NCBI GenBank assembly: GCA_022750455.1
Contig: JAKIVR010000004.1
Span: 1 to 63,927, forward strand
DNA length: 63,927 bases
Source: Thermoplasmata archaeon
Lineage (GTDB): Archaea; Thermoplasmatota; Thermoplasmata; Lutacidiplasmatales; UBA184
Direction: 5' to 3'
Positions 36,954-45,903 of this stretch are shown here, in pieces. How positions within the stretch are numbered: position 1 is the stretch's first letter; every line of letters starts with the position of its first letter. A program made the translations under genes and the position numbers. Below the pieces are notes generated by a model, which saw only the letters and a program-made list of their open reading frames with translations, was not told the origin of the DNA and searched no databases.

Positions 36954-37675
36954 TTCCCGTCTCCCGAAGGCAACGTCGTCGGCGCCAGGGACGTGGGGGC
37001 TCCCGCGAGCTCGGGCGGGATCGGTCCGGTGACCTCCAGCGACGGAAGGACCGGCGGCGGCAGCACGACGATCGGGGCGGCGGCGCCGTGGATCTTGATC
37101 TCATCCGGCAGGCGCGCGGTCGGCTTCATGATCCAGACCGAGACGCCGATGACGCCCGGCTTCAGTCGGGCGGGGTAGAACCCCTTCTGGATCAGGAGGA
37201 TCGAAGCTTCGCCGCAGTACTTCACGGTCCCAGACTTGAACCGCTCGGTCCGGTGCCGCTCGCCCGTGAGCTTGCCGGAGAGGATGACTTGGCATCCGCG
37301 GGCCCCGGACTCCATGATCCGGCGGACCGTCGAGTGGCCGGCGCGGCGGAAGTGCCAGCCTCGCTCGAGGGTCGCCGCCAGCTTCTCCGCCATGAGCTGG
37401 GCGTTGAGGGAGGGGGCGCGCTCCTCTTGGACCTCGATCTGGGGATTGTCGAGCTGGAACCGGTTCTGGATGTCCTGGGTGAGCTGCTTGATCAGCTCCC
37501 CCCGACGGCCGATCAGGATGCCGGGGCGTTCGCAGATGAGCGTGACGCGCGTGCCCATCGGGGTGCGCTGGATGTCGAGGCCGCCGAACCCGGCCCGGGC
37601 GCTCTCCTGGACGAGGTAGTCCTTCAGCAGGACGCGGCGGGTCGCCTCCTGGATGACCTTCCGCTCGCTGGACAT
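36950..37675 (-). CDS. rps3: 30S ribosomal protein S3 (uS3)
   Basis: ERPGILIGRRG (KH), FRRAG, GARGCQVILSGK. Confidence 0.96.
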   Translation of the reverse strand: MSSERKVIQEATRRVLLKDYLVQESARAGFGGLDIQRTPMGTRVTLICERPGILIGRRGELIKQLTQDIQNRFQLDNPQIEVQEERAPSLNAQLMAEKLAATLERGWHFRRAGHSTVRRIMESGARGCQVILSGKLTGERHRTERFKSGTVKYCGEASILLIQKGFYPARLKPGVIGVSVWIMKPTARLPDEIKIHGAAAPIVVLPPPVLPSLEVTGPIPPELAGAPTSLAPTTLPSGDGK

Positions 37676-38134
37676 CTACGTCTCCTCCGGCGTCTCGGCG
37701 AGGACGATCTCGACGTTGGTGGTCTGCTCGTTCCAGGCCGTCGCGCGTCCGTGGGCCCGGGGCATGCTTGCCTTCTGGATCTTCCCGCGGGCGCACGCCG
37801 CGACGTGGACGACCAACCGGTCCGCGTCCAGCCCTTCGAACTCGGCGTTCGCTTCGGCGTTGGTGAGGATCTGCAGCACGTGCTTCGCGACCTTCTTGGG
37901 GTACCGACCCGGACCGATCCCCTTCTTGTGGGACGTCTCTTGGTTGTACCGGCGGAACGGGACCGCGCGCTTCAGGAGGACGACGTCCTCCAGCAGCGAG
38001 CGCGCCTTCTCGACGGGGAGGCCGCGGATGGCGTTCATGACCTCGTACGTCTTCTTGGGGGAGATGTGCAACTCGACGCCCCGGGCGCGGGCGACGTTCA
38101 AGCCCCGCTCGGCCTGGTAAGTGTAGCCTTCCAT
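37676..38134 (-). CDS. rpl22: 50S ribosomal protein L22 (uL22)
   Basis: ISPKKT, VPFRRY, GRYPKK, PRAHGRA. Confidence 0.96.
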   Translation of the reverse strand: MEGYTYQAERGLNVARARGVELHISPKKTYEVMNAIRGLPVEKARSLLEDVVLLKRAVPFRRYNQETSHKKGIGPGRYPKKVAKHVLQILTNAEANAEFEGLDADRLVVHVAACARGKIQKASMPRAHGRATAWNEQTTNVEIVLAETPEET

Positions 38135-38144
38135 CCGATCCTCC

Positions 38145-38570
38145 CTACTTCAGCGGCATGAACTTCGAGGAGCGCGTGGCGCCGACGCCCGGCCCGGAGT
38201 GCTTTTCGAACCGGCGCGTCAACGTGAACTCACCATAGTAGTGGCCAATCATCTCGGGTCGGACCTCGAACTCCTTGAACTCTTTGCCGTTGTAGACGGC
38301 GACGCGCCGGCCGACATGCAGCGGCAGGATGAGCGCGTCCCGGCAGTGGGTCCGGAGCGGCTTGACCGTGGGGGCTTCCAGGAGCCGGGCGTGGAAGTTC
38401 TCGACGGTGTTGGAGAAGCCGCGGCGGATCGTGCGGCGGGCGCGCGCCCCGAGGACGAGGGCGAGCTGGTCGAGCGGCAACGCCTGGAGCTCGGGGAGCG
38501 TCCGCCCGTGCAGGGTGAACTCCCGCTTGCGCCGGACCTCCAGCTTTCGAATGACACGCTTCTTCGGCAT
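38145..38570 (-). CDS. rps19: 30S ribosomal protein S19 (uS19)
   Basis: RTHCRD, YNGKEF, PEMIGHYYGEF, GATRSSKFMPLK. Confidence 0.96.
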   Translation of the reverse strand: MPKKRVIRKLEVRRKREFTLHGRTLPELQALPLDQLALVLGARARRTIRRGFSNTVENFHARLLEAPTVKPLRTHCRDALILPLHVGRRVAVYNGKEFKEFEVRPEMIGHYYGEFTLTRRFEKHSGPGVGATRSSKFMPLK

Positions 38571-38572
38571 CT

Positions 38573-39295
38573 TCAGCGACCCCGCCGGCGGCGCCGGCTG
38601 TTCTTCTTCTGGGGACCGAACCGTCCGACCTTGGCGCCGGGCCACGTGCCGGACGAGACGGTGCTCGGGCGGCCGACGTGCTGGTGCGCGCCGCCTCCGA
38701 ACGGGTGGTTGACCGGGTTCATGGCGACGCCGCGCACGTGGAAGGCGGCCCGCGCGAGGCTCTTGAACGCGAGTACCTTCTTACCGGCCTTGATGAACGG
38801 ACGCTCGCCGCGTCCCGCCCCGGCGACGGGGCCGACCTGGGCCCGGCACTCGGCGAGGAACTGCTTCAGGTGGCCGCTCGGGAGCTGGATCGTGACCTCT
38901 TTGCCCGAGTGGGCGGTGACGAGGGCGCTCGTGCCGGCGGCCCGGACGAGCCGTCCGCCGTCGCTCGGCTGCACTTCGATGTTGGAGACCAGTGTGCCGT
39001 CGGGGATGTCCGCGAGCCTCAGGATGCTGCCGCGGGCGACGGCGCCGCGGTGCAGGCCGATCTTGTCGCCCGTCGCGAGGCCGGCGACGGCGATCGTCGG
39101 GTAGATCGACCCGTCCTCCATCGAGATCTGGGCGACGGGGGCGCTCCGCCCGGGGGCGTGGCCGATCGACTCGACGGTCCCCTCGCCGACAACCCGGGCC
39201 GACGGGAGGTAGACGGGCTCGTGGTGCCGGTGGCTGGGCGAACTGTACGGCCCGGTCCCGGAGCCTCGCCGTCGGGAGATGATGCGCTTTCCCAT
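38573..39295 (-). CDS. rpl2: 50S ribosomal protein L2 (uL2)
   Basis: MGKRIISRRRG, HAPGRSAP, VRGVAMNPVNHPFGGG. Confidence 0.97.
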   Translation of the reverse strand: MGKRIISRRRGSGTGPYSSPSHRHHEPVYLPSARVVGEGTVESIGHAPGRSAPVAQISMEDGSIYPTIAVAGLATGDKIGLHRGAVARGSILRLADIPDGTLVSNIEVQPSDGGRLVRAAGTSALVTAHSGKEVTIQLPSGHLKQFLAECRAQVGPVAGAGRGERPFIKAGKKVLAFKSLARAAFHVRGVAMNPVNHPFGGGAHQHVGRPSTVSSGTWPGAKVGRFGPQKKNSRRRRRGR

Positions 39296-39558
39296 CAGAA
39301 CACCCCTGCCCGGCTGCCGATATCCTCGGCCGAGAACTCGGGTTTGAACCGGACCGTGGCGATCTTCCCGGCGGGGACGAACTTCACATTGACCTTGGCG
39401 ACCTTACACTGGTACGTCTCTTCGACGGCGCGCTTGATCTCCGCGCGGTTGGCCCGCCGGTCGACGACGAACTCGAGCTTGTTCATCCGCTCCATTTCGT
39501 CCATCGCCTTCTCCGTGACGTAGGCGTGGAGGATGACGCGGTGTCGGACGGTGGTCAT
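39295..39558 (-). CDS. rpl23: 50S ribosomal protein L23 (uL23)
   Basis: YVTEKA, NKLEFVVD, IKRAVE, KIATVRF. Confidence 0.95.
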   Translation of the reverse strand: MTTVRHRVILHAYVTEKAMDEMERMNKLEFVVDRRANRAEIKRAVEETYQCKVAKVNVKFVPAGKIATVRFKPEFSAEDIGSRAGVF

Positions 39559-40388
39559 GCGGCGGCCTCCATGCGATTCTTCAAGCTGGTGAGAGCGGCG
39601 GTGGAGAAGATCGTGAGTCGACCGGGGGCGCCGCCCGGGGCGAGGTCTTCGGTGCCGAGGCGCCCGACCCAGACGACGTCGACGCCGGGGAAGTTCCGGA
39701 ACCCGCGCGCCTGGCGGGGGCCGCTCGTGACCACGAGAAGGCTCTTCGGCTCTTGGCGAGTGCGGCCGCGGCGTTTGCCCCGTCCGGCGCGCACGTGGGT
39801 CCCATCGCGAGAGCGCTGGACGTCGGACCAGACCTTCGCGTCGGAGAGGATATCCTGGGCGCGGGACGCCGTGTCCACGCTCTCGAGCGCGTCGACGAAG
39901 ACGACCGGCAGGTGGACGTCCTCGGGGAGATCGTGGCCCCGCTCGCGGACGACCTTCAGATCCCGCGTGGCGGCGAGGGCCGAGGCGAACGCAAAGTGGC
40001 GCTCCTGGAGATTGATCTTCTTCTCCCAGATCGTCTCGATCCGGGGGGGATGGGTCGGGCGGCCACCGACGGTGTTCGGGGCCTGGGCTCCGCGATTGGA
40101 ATCCATGAGTCTCGGCGTCCGGGCGACGCCCTTGCCCTTCCCCGACCACTCAACGGAGTGGCGGTTACCGGCGGTGGGGCTCGTCCCGTGCGGCTGGCGG
40201 CGGCGCGCTTGGGCGGCGATCACGGCCCGGTGGATGAGGTCCGGCCGCAGCGGGGTGGAGAAGGCGATCGGGAGGGCGACGGGCTCGCCGACCTTCCCGT
40301 CCAAGGAGAGGACGGGTACCCGATGGTGGACCACCGAGTCGTCGTGGTGGGCGGCAACGACGGCGGTGTCGGACTTCGCCCCGGGCAT
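39555..40388 (-). CDS. rpl4: 50S ribosomal protein L4 (uL4)
   Basis: RPDLIHRAV, SVEWSGKGKGVARTPR, RAGRGKRRGR, LAPGGAPGRLTI. Confidence 0.96.
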   Translation of the reverse strand: MPGAKSDTAVVAAHHDDSVVHHRVPVLSLDGKVGEPVALPIAFSTPLRPDLIHRAVIAAQARRRQPHGTSPTAGNRHSVEWSGKGKGVARTPRLMDSNRGAQAPNTVGGRPTHPPRIETIWEKKINLQERHFAFASALAATRDLKVVRERGHDLPEDVHLPVVFVDALESVDTASRAQDILSDAKVWSDVQRSRDGTHVRAGRGKRRGRTRQEPKSLLVVTSGPRQARGFRNFPGVDVVWVGRLGTEDLAPGGAPGRLTIFSTAALTSLKNRMEAAA

Positions 40389-40390
40389 CC

Positions 40391-41392
40391 TCAGGCCCCC
40401 TGCTTGGAGCGCGTGGAGAGGTAGCGGATGTCGATCTTCTCGACGTTGATCACTTGGGATCGCATCGGGAGTCGGAGGCGGAGCATCCGCTTCGCCGGGC
40501 CCGGGAGCGATCCGTGGAGCACGATGCACGGGGCGCGGACCTCCCCGTAGTGGGGGAAGCCGCCGAGAGGGGTGATCGGGTCCTGCTTCGGGTCGCGCAC
40601 GACCTTCAGGACGCGCATGTTGTAGATCGTACGGCGGTGGTAGCCCATCTGGCCGGCCTGCGGGATGCGGTAGGTCACGAAGCTCGGGTTGTGCGGCCCG
40701 AGGGTTCCGATCATCCGCCGGTGCTTGGAGTTCTTGTGCGGTTGGAGCTTGACGCCCCAGCGCTTGGTGTGGCCCTGGAACCCCTTCCCCTTGGTCACTC
40801 CGATGACATCGAGGAACTCGCCCTCCTTGGCGACGGCGTCGAAGCCGATCTCCTTGCCCAGCTGCTCGAGGGCAAAGGCGCGGCGCGCCTTGGGATCCTC
40901 GCCGGAGACGCGGATCTCGAAGAGGCTCGGGGTGTCCGTAGGGACCCCTGTGAGCTGGTGCGGTTGATTGTATACTACTAGGCGGACCTCCTCTCCGGAG
41001 GCCTTGGAAAAGTTGGCGCGAGTCTCGGCGGAGCTGGGCGGATGCTCGGGGATCCGCCGCCAGAGGTGCTCATCGATCCCATCGGACCAGACCTCGGACG
41101 TCACTCGGCTTCCGTACGGTTCCTTCCGATACAGACGACAGGCCGCGACCTTGAGAGGGGGGGTTTCGAGGACGGTGACGGGCACGGAAACCTCCTGGCC
41201 GGCGGTGGTCGAACGCTTTCGATAATCGACGATGAAGGCGTGGGTCATTCCGACCTTGTAGCCCGCGAACCCTTCCAGCTGGGGGGCCTTCGGGCCGGCG
41301 GGCCAGCTGCGGATCCGGGGGATCGGCCGTACGGCCCGGGATCGGGGCGAAAATCCGAGGGATCCCCTCCGGGGACGATGCCGCCTAGCCAT
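40391..41392 (-). CDS. rpl3: 50S ribosomal protein L3 (uL3)
   Basis: PRRGSLGFSPR, GYKVGMTH, TKGKGFQG, QAGQMGYHRRT. Confidence 0.97.
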   Translation of the reverse strand: MARRHRPRRGSLGFSPRSRAVRPIPRIRSWPAGPKAPQLEGFAGYKVGMTHAFIVDYRKRSTTAGQEVSVPVTVLETPPLKVAACRLYRKEPYGSRVTSEVWSDGIDEHLWRRIPEHPPSSAETRANFSKASGEEVRLVVYNQPHQLTGVPTDTPSLFEIRVSGEDPKARRAFALEQLGKEIGFDAVAKEGEFLDVIGVTKGKGFQGHTKRWGVKLQPHKNSKHRRMIGTLGPHNPSFVTYRIPQAGQMGYHRRTIYNMRVLKVVRDPKQDPITPLGGFPHYGEVRAPCIVLHGSLPGPAKRMLRLRLPMRSQVINVEKIDIRYLSTRSKQGA

Positions 41393-41442
41393 AGCACGCT
41401 TCGCCGACCGCTATCGGCGAGGGGTCGGGGACATCGGTTCGG

Positions 41443-41449
41443 TATATAA
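41443..41449 (-). promoter_or_regulatory. Putative TATA box of the ribosomal superoperon (TTATATA)
   Basis: TTATATA on the minus strand about 50 nt upstream of the rpl3 ATG in GC-rich context. Confidence 0.65.
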
Positions 41450-41552
41450 GCGCTGGGTCGAACGAATCTGCGACCCCGATTTTCGGCGGCCGGCGCGGGT
41501 CGGAACGGTCGCGAAAACTCATCGGCTCTGAACGCGCGCGTAGAGAAAACGT

Positions 41553-41750
41553 CCCGGGGCTCGGTGCTCTCCCGTAGTCGTCCGGTATCGGCGGGACTGA
41601 TTGGCGTGTAACAGCTCGGCTGGTGTTCGTAGGTTGGACAGTCGGTCTTTGAGACGGGACCCCTACCTGACCCGGTGGTTTCGTTTTGCCCAGGACAGTA
41701 CTCCCGTTTCAGGGTGGCCTCTTGCCCGGAATACGCGTCATTCCACTACC
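41553..41750. repeat. Unclassified repeat, copy 1 (left arm)
   Basis: 41621-41641 is the reverse complement of 42810-42830 at 20/21 nt; 41553-41572 is identical to 42886-42905 in direct orientation; weaker similarity extends to about 41750. Confidence 0.85.
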
Positions 41751-41884
41751 CCGGCTCGCCTTATCTCCCGGCCACCTAATCGTAGGGCATGGCGGGTCAT
41801 CGCGGGAGCACTTCACGCGGGGCAGGGCTGTCGCCGTACGTGGCCCACTTCACGGGGCCCGGTCGCCCGCGTCGCTTGGAGCGA

Positions 41885-42652
41885 ATGATTGAGCTCGCCA
41901 AGATGTCCTGGAGCCCGGTGCTCGACATGCTCGGTAGGGAGGTGAGGTTCGACGAACTCGCGAATCGCCCATACGCCTTCCCGGATCCTCCCATGAAGCT
42001 GCCTGAACCAAAGAACGGTCGGCAGGTTGGCAACTGGCTTACCGAGGCCGAGGTTCTCAGAATCCATGACGAAATGATCTCGACGTTCAAGGGGGAGCGG
42101 GGCATCAAAGACCCCGGCGCGGTTGCCGGGATTCTTGACAGAATGCGCGAGTCTGGGGTGATGGGCCACGACCCGTTCCCGACGATCTTCGACAAGGCCG
42201 CTTACCTGATGCACTCGATCCTCTGTTACCACCCGTTCATCGACGGTCAGAAGCGGACGGGCCTTTCCTCGGCCTTTATCTTCCTCGGGATCAACGGATA
42301 CTACCTCTGGTCCCGAGACACCGTAGATGACGTCCACTTTGCCATCCAGGTCGCCGCCGGGGCGTTTGACATTCCCGACGTCGCACGGTGGATCCGTCAG
42401 CGTGTTTCGGCGCCGGATGCGACGAGGGATCCCAAGATGATCGAGCGCCTCCTCACCTCGACCGCCGAGGTCGCGAGCCGGTCCTGCACAAGCTGCCGCC
42501 ACCGGCTCCGGCTGACGCGGTATATCGTGACCTGCCCTAAGTGCGGCTCGATCTTCGCAGTCCAGCTCAATGCCGGAGTTATCCGGCCGCCCGGAAAAGC
42601 GGGCGCGACGCCGGTCGTACAGATTCAGCTCGGGCTCAAAGCAATCAGCTAG
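41885..42652 (+). CDS. Fic/Doc family protein with C-terminal Zn ribbon
   Basis: WLTEAEVLRIHD, KAAYLMHSI, HPFIDGQKRTG; CTSC...CPKC; GGAG before ATG 41885. Confidence 0.88.
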   Translation: MIELAKMSWSPVLDMLGREVRFDELANRPYAFPDPPMKLPEPKNGRQVGNWLTEAEVLRIHDEMISTFKGERGIKDPGAVAGILDRMRESGVMGHDPFPTIFDKAAYLMHSILCYHPFIDGQKRTGLSSAFIFLGINGYYLWSRDTVDDVHFAIQVAAGAFDIPDVARWIRQRVSAPDATRDPKMIERLLTSTAEVASRSCTSCRHRLRLTRYIVTCPKCGSIFAVQLNAGVIRPPGKAGATPVVQIQLGLKAIS

Positions 42653-42717
42653 TCCGACGCAGAACCCTCCTCGCGCCCGAGGCACTCGCTTGCTGCAGAG
42701 GGAATCACGGGCCTCGC

Positions 42718-42925
42718 AGTGGAACCGCACTTGGCCCTCAAGTTTTGGATCACGATGCGGGAGTTCCGTTCCAGTCCGGCCTCTCTGGGAGTTTCGTTTC
42801 AAACCCGGGCTGTCCAACCGACGAACACCAACTGATTTGTTACCTACCAATCACTTCGCCGATGCCGGACGAAATGGGACAGAACCCCGGGGCTCGGTGC
42901 TCTCCGAACTCGTCCGGTGAGCGGC
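42718..42925. repeat. Unclassified repeat, copy 2 (inverted) plus partial copy 3 (direct), forming an imperfect palindrome centred on CCCCGGGG at 42885-42892
   Basis: CTGTCCAACC.ACGAACACCA...TGTTAC...CCAATCA...CGCCGAT.CCGGACGA aligns with the reverse complement of copy 1. Confidence 0.85.
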
Positions 42926-43123
42926 CGGTTCGGAGGGTCGTAAACATTCGTCCGGTCAGAGAGACGGCCCGGCCCCTGAACTGCGAACGCGGGTCCTAGG
43001 TTTCATTCCACGTCGGCTTGGATGCGGTCGTACTTCCCTCGCCGACCCGTGCGACGGCGGCTTGCGGGTCCCGCGGCCGTTCCCGGGCACCGGACTTAAG
43101 TCGTCCCACCAGTTTTCCGGCAC

Positions 43124-43612
43124 ATGCCCGAACGGGGCCACCGGTTCTACGGGACCACTTCGGTGCGGGTCTCCCTCGTGATTGAGGCGCCGTCGCGCTA
43201 CGTGTATGATTGGTGCACGGACTACCGGAGCGACGACAGACGATTCTCGAAAAGGCGTCCCCGCCCGAGCTACCGGGTGATTCGAATTTCGCCCCGTCGC
43301 GTGGTCCGGATTCGCGCGTTGCGAGGCTCCGGTCTCGATCCCGCGCTCACGGTCGAACTGATCCGTCTCAACCCCCCGCGCTCCTGGCACCAGGACCAAT
43401 TCGACGAGACCGACCAGCAGTCCGTGGACTACCGGGTCAGCGCCGTCGGCCGCGCACGGACGCGGCTTCAGCTGTTGAGCACCGAACGCTGGCTCACTCC
43501 TGACTTTCCGACTCGCGAGGCCCTACGTGCGCAGATCGCGAGGACGTGGGCCCGATTCGCCGCCGCCCTCGAGGCGGACTATCGCGACGGACGCCCCGCC
43601 CGGGGCCGATGA
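43124..43612 (+). CDS. Hypothetical protein, possibly SRPBCC/START-like fold
   Basis: VRVSLVIEAPSRYVYDWCTDY N-terminus and C-terminal helix IARTWARFAAALE resemble SRPBCC topology. Confidence 0.55.
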   Translation: MPERGHRFYGTTSVRVSLVIEAPSRYVYDWCTDYRSDDRRFSKRRPRPSYRVIRISPRRVVRIRALRGSGLDPALTVELIRLNPPRSWHQDQFDETDQQSVDYRVSAVGRARTRLQLLSTERWLTPDFPTREALRAQIARTWARFAAALEADYRDGRPARGR

Positions 43613-44037
43613 ACTGTCCTCGACGGGACGACCGCACGTCGTCCGAGGTATGGGCACCGATCCGCCATCCCCACCGGCATGCCCCGTAAACGCCTCCCGG
43701 CGCAGTGACCAGCACCCCTGCAAAGAAACTGCGAGTCTCGCCCACCAAGCCGTACACTGAAACTAGTTCTCGGCCGAAGCCCGTCCTCGAGGCGGCGAGA
43801 AGCCGAGAAATCGCCGCCGAATCGGAGGGGGTCGGCCCGGACGACGAGGGGGCAGAACCCATCCCGGAACCCTCCCACGACTCGCGCCCCTACATCGGCC
43901 CTTCGAGACGGGTAACCAAGACGAAGCGCACAGCGTCCGCGGACAGTGCCGACGTCGCGCGCCCAGATCGGGGCCCGCGGTCGCTCCAGAACGGTTAATC
44001 AATCTCGCGTATCCCTGGCGCAGGACGGATTCCGCGA

Positions 44038-45291
44038 GTGACCGAAACTGGGTCCACCTTGTCCGTGCAACTCGCCGACGTACGGGAGGCGGCGGAGAGG
44101 CTCCGGGGAATCGCGCTCCGCACTCCCCTGATCCCGGCTCCCCACTTCCCGGGCCTCCCCGAGTCGGGGCTGTACCTCAAGCTCGAATGCTTCCAGCGTA
44201 CCGGCTCGTTCAAACTTCGCGGGGCCGCGAACCGAATCTCCCATCTGACCGAGGCGGAGTCGAAGGTCGGAGTGATCACCGCCTCCGCGGGAAACCATTC
44301 CCAAGGGGTCGCCTGGGCGGCGCGCGCCCGCGGTCTCCCCGCGACGATCGTCATGGCCGAGACCGCCTCGCCGCTCAAGGTGAGCGCGACCCGCGCGTTG
44401 GGAGCCCGCGTCATCCTGTTCGGAGCGGATTATGATGAAGCCCACGACGAGGCCGTCCGTCGGGCCAAGGAGGAGGGTCTCACGTACATCCCGCCGTTCG
44501 ACGATTCCGCGGTCATCGCCGGCCAAGGCACGGTCGGGCTCGAGATCGCCGAGGACCTCCCCGGCGTCCGACGCGTGATCGCCGGCGTCGGGGGCGGAGG
44601 TCTTCTCTCGGGGATTGCCGTCGCCATCCGCGGCCTGTGCGGACCCGGGGTGGAGATCGTCGGGGTTCAGCCCGAAGGCTCCGACACGTTCCGCGCGTCC
44701 CTCCGGGAAGGTCGGGTCGTCGTCGGGAGTCGTCCCAAGACCTTTGCCGATGGACTGGCGACGAGGCACGTCGGCGACCTCAACCTCCAGATCCTGCGCG
44801 CGCTGGGAGCGCGCGCGGCGGTCGTCGACGACCGCACCATCGCCCGCGCGTCGTTCTTACTCCTCGAACACGCGAAGCTCCTCGTCGAAGGCGCGGGCGC
44901 CACGCCCCTCGCCGCTTTGCTCGCCGATCCGAAGCTCGCCGACGACGGCCCCACGGTCCTCGTGATCAGCGGAGGCAACCTCGACCCGTTCCTCCTCGAC
45001 CGGGTGCTGTGGATCGGTCTGACCGCGGAAGGTCGCCTCTTGCGGATCCGCGCCCCGTTGAAGGACGCCCCGGGACGGCTCGCCGAGTTCCTCGCCACCG
45101 CCGGGAGCGCCGCGGCCAACGTCCGACACGTGGTGCATGACCGGGAGACGTCCTCGGGCAATCCCGGAGAGGTGGAGGTCGAGCTCGAGCTCGAGGTCCG
45201 CGACCGAGCCCACGCGGACGAGGTCCTGAAGACGTATCTCGCCAAGGGGTGGGCCGTGCGCCGGATCGACGAGCTGTCGCCGGCCGAATGA
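44038..45291 (+). CDS. ilvA: Threonine ammonia-lyase with C-terminal ACT domain
   Basis: LKLECFQRTGSFKLRGA (PLP Lys), ASAGNHSQG, IAGQGT, VGGGGL, SGGN; DAPGRL ACT domain. Confidence 0.93.
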   Translation: MTETGSTLSVQLADVREAAERLRGIALRTPLIPAPHFPGLPESGLYLKLECFQRTGSFKLRGAANRISHLTEAESKVGVITASAGNHSQGVAWAARARGLPATIVMAETASPLKVSATRALGARVILFGADYDEAHDEAVRRAKEEGLTYIPPFDDSAVIAGQGTVGLEIAEDLPGVRRVIAGVGGGGLLSGIAVAIRGLCGPGVEIVGVQPEGSDTFRASLREGRVVVGSRPKTFADGLATRHVGDLNLQILRALGARAAVVDDRTIARASFLLLEHAKLLVEGAGATPLAALLADPKLADDGPTVLVISGGNLDPFLLDRVLWIGLTAEGRLLRIRAPLKDAPGRLAEFLATAGSAAANVRHVVHDRETSSGNPGEVEVELELEVRDRAHADEVLKTYLAKGWAVRRIDELSPAE

Positions 45292-45396
45292 GCCGGTTCC
45301 GGCCCGAATCGGGTCCCTCGCCGAGGGCGAAACGGTGCGAACGGGTTTTCCGCGTACCAACATGATGATATCTACTCTAGTGCCCTTTATTCCGTC

Positions 45397-45888
45397 ATGA
45401 CGCCCGACGCTCATCCCACTCGGATCGAGGCGCGTGTCCCTCGGCTGTGGACCGTCGAGGAGGCGAACGCTCGCCTGCCCGCGGTCCAAGAGCTGTTGCC
45501 CCAGCTCCGGGCCTGGGTCGTCCGGTTGGGCGCGATCCACGATCAGACCGAGTGGATGGCGAAGTTCTGGGGCCGCGAGCTGGAGGCCCCCGACAATCCT
45601 CACCACGCGCTGCAGGCGACGTTGCAAGAGGAGTGGAACCGGCTCACGGACCGGCTGGAGACGATCGTCCACTCCCTGCACGACGAAGGGATCGAGATCA
45701 AGGACCTCGACAACGGCCTCGTCGACTTCATGGCCAAGCGGGAGGGGGACGTCGTCTACCTCTGCTGGCGCGATGGAGAACCGGCGGTAGCCCACTGGCA
45801 CCCGCTCGAGGGCGGATTCCGGAACCGGCGGCGCTTGGATGCTCCGGGGAAAGCCGGCTCCCCGCCCCACCTGACCCGCAGCAACTGA
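45397..45888 (+). CDS. DUF2203 family protein
   Basis: WTVEEANARLP, IKDLDNGLVDF, VYLCWRDGEP...WH...GF..RR. Confidence 0.85.
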   Translation: MTPDAHPTRIEARVPRLWTVEEANARLPAVQELLPQLRAWVVRLGAIHDQTEWMAKFWGRELEAPDNPHHALQATLQEEWNRLTDRLETIVHSLHDEGIEIKDLDNGLVDFMAKREGDVVYLCWRDGEPAVAHWHPLEGGFRNRRRLDAPGKAGSPPHLTRSN

Positions 45889-45903
45889 ACCGGCCCCGCC
45901 GGA

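Noticed and set aside
41550-41790. Possible RNase P RNA or SRP RNA upstream of rpl3
   Set aside because: No GAGGAAAGUCC / AACAGAA P4 motifs and no SRP helix 8 GGAA loop context on either strand; better explained as the repeat arm.
42715-43000. ORB-like words (CAGTGGAAC, GTTCCAGT, GTGGAATGAAAC) suggesting a replication origin
   Set aside because: No full ORB consensus, no AT-rich unwinding element and no cdc6/orc1 nearby.
43612-44037. Several short ORFs on both strands
   Set aside because: None has recognisable motifs or convincing composition; left unannotated.
45362-45410. ATGATGA box C, possible C/D guide RNA
   Set aside because: No CTGA D box at the right spacing; overlaps the DUF2203 promoter and start.
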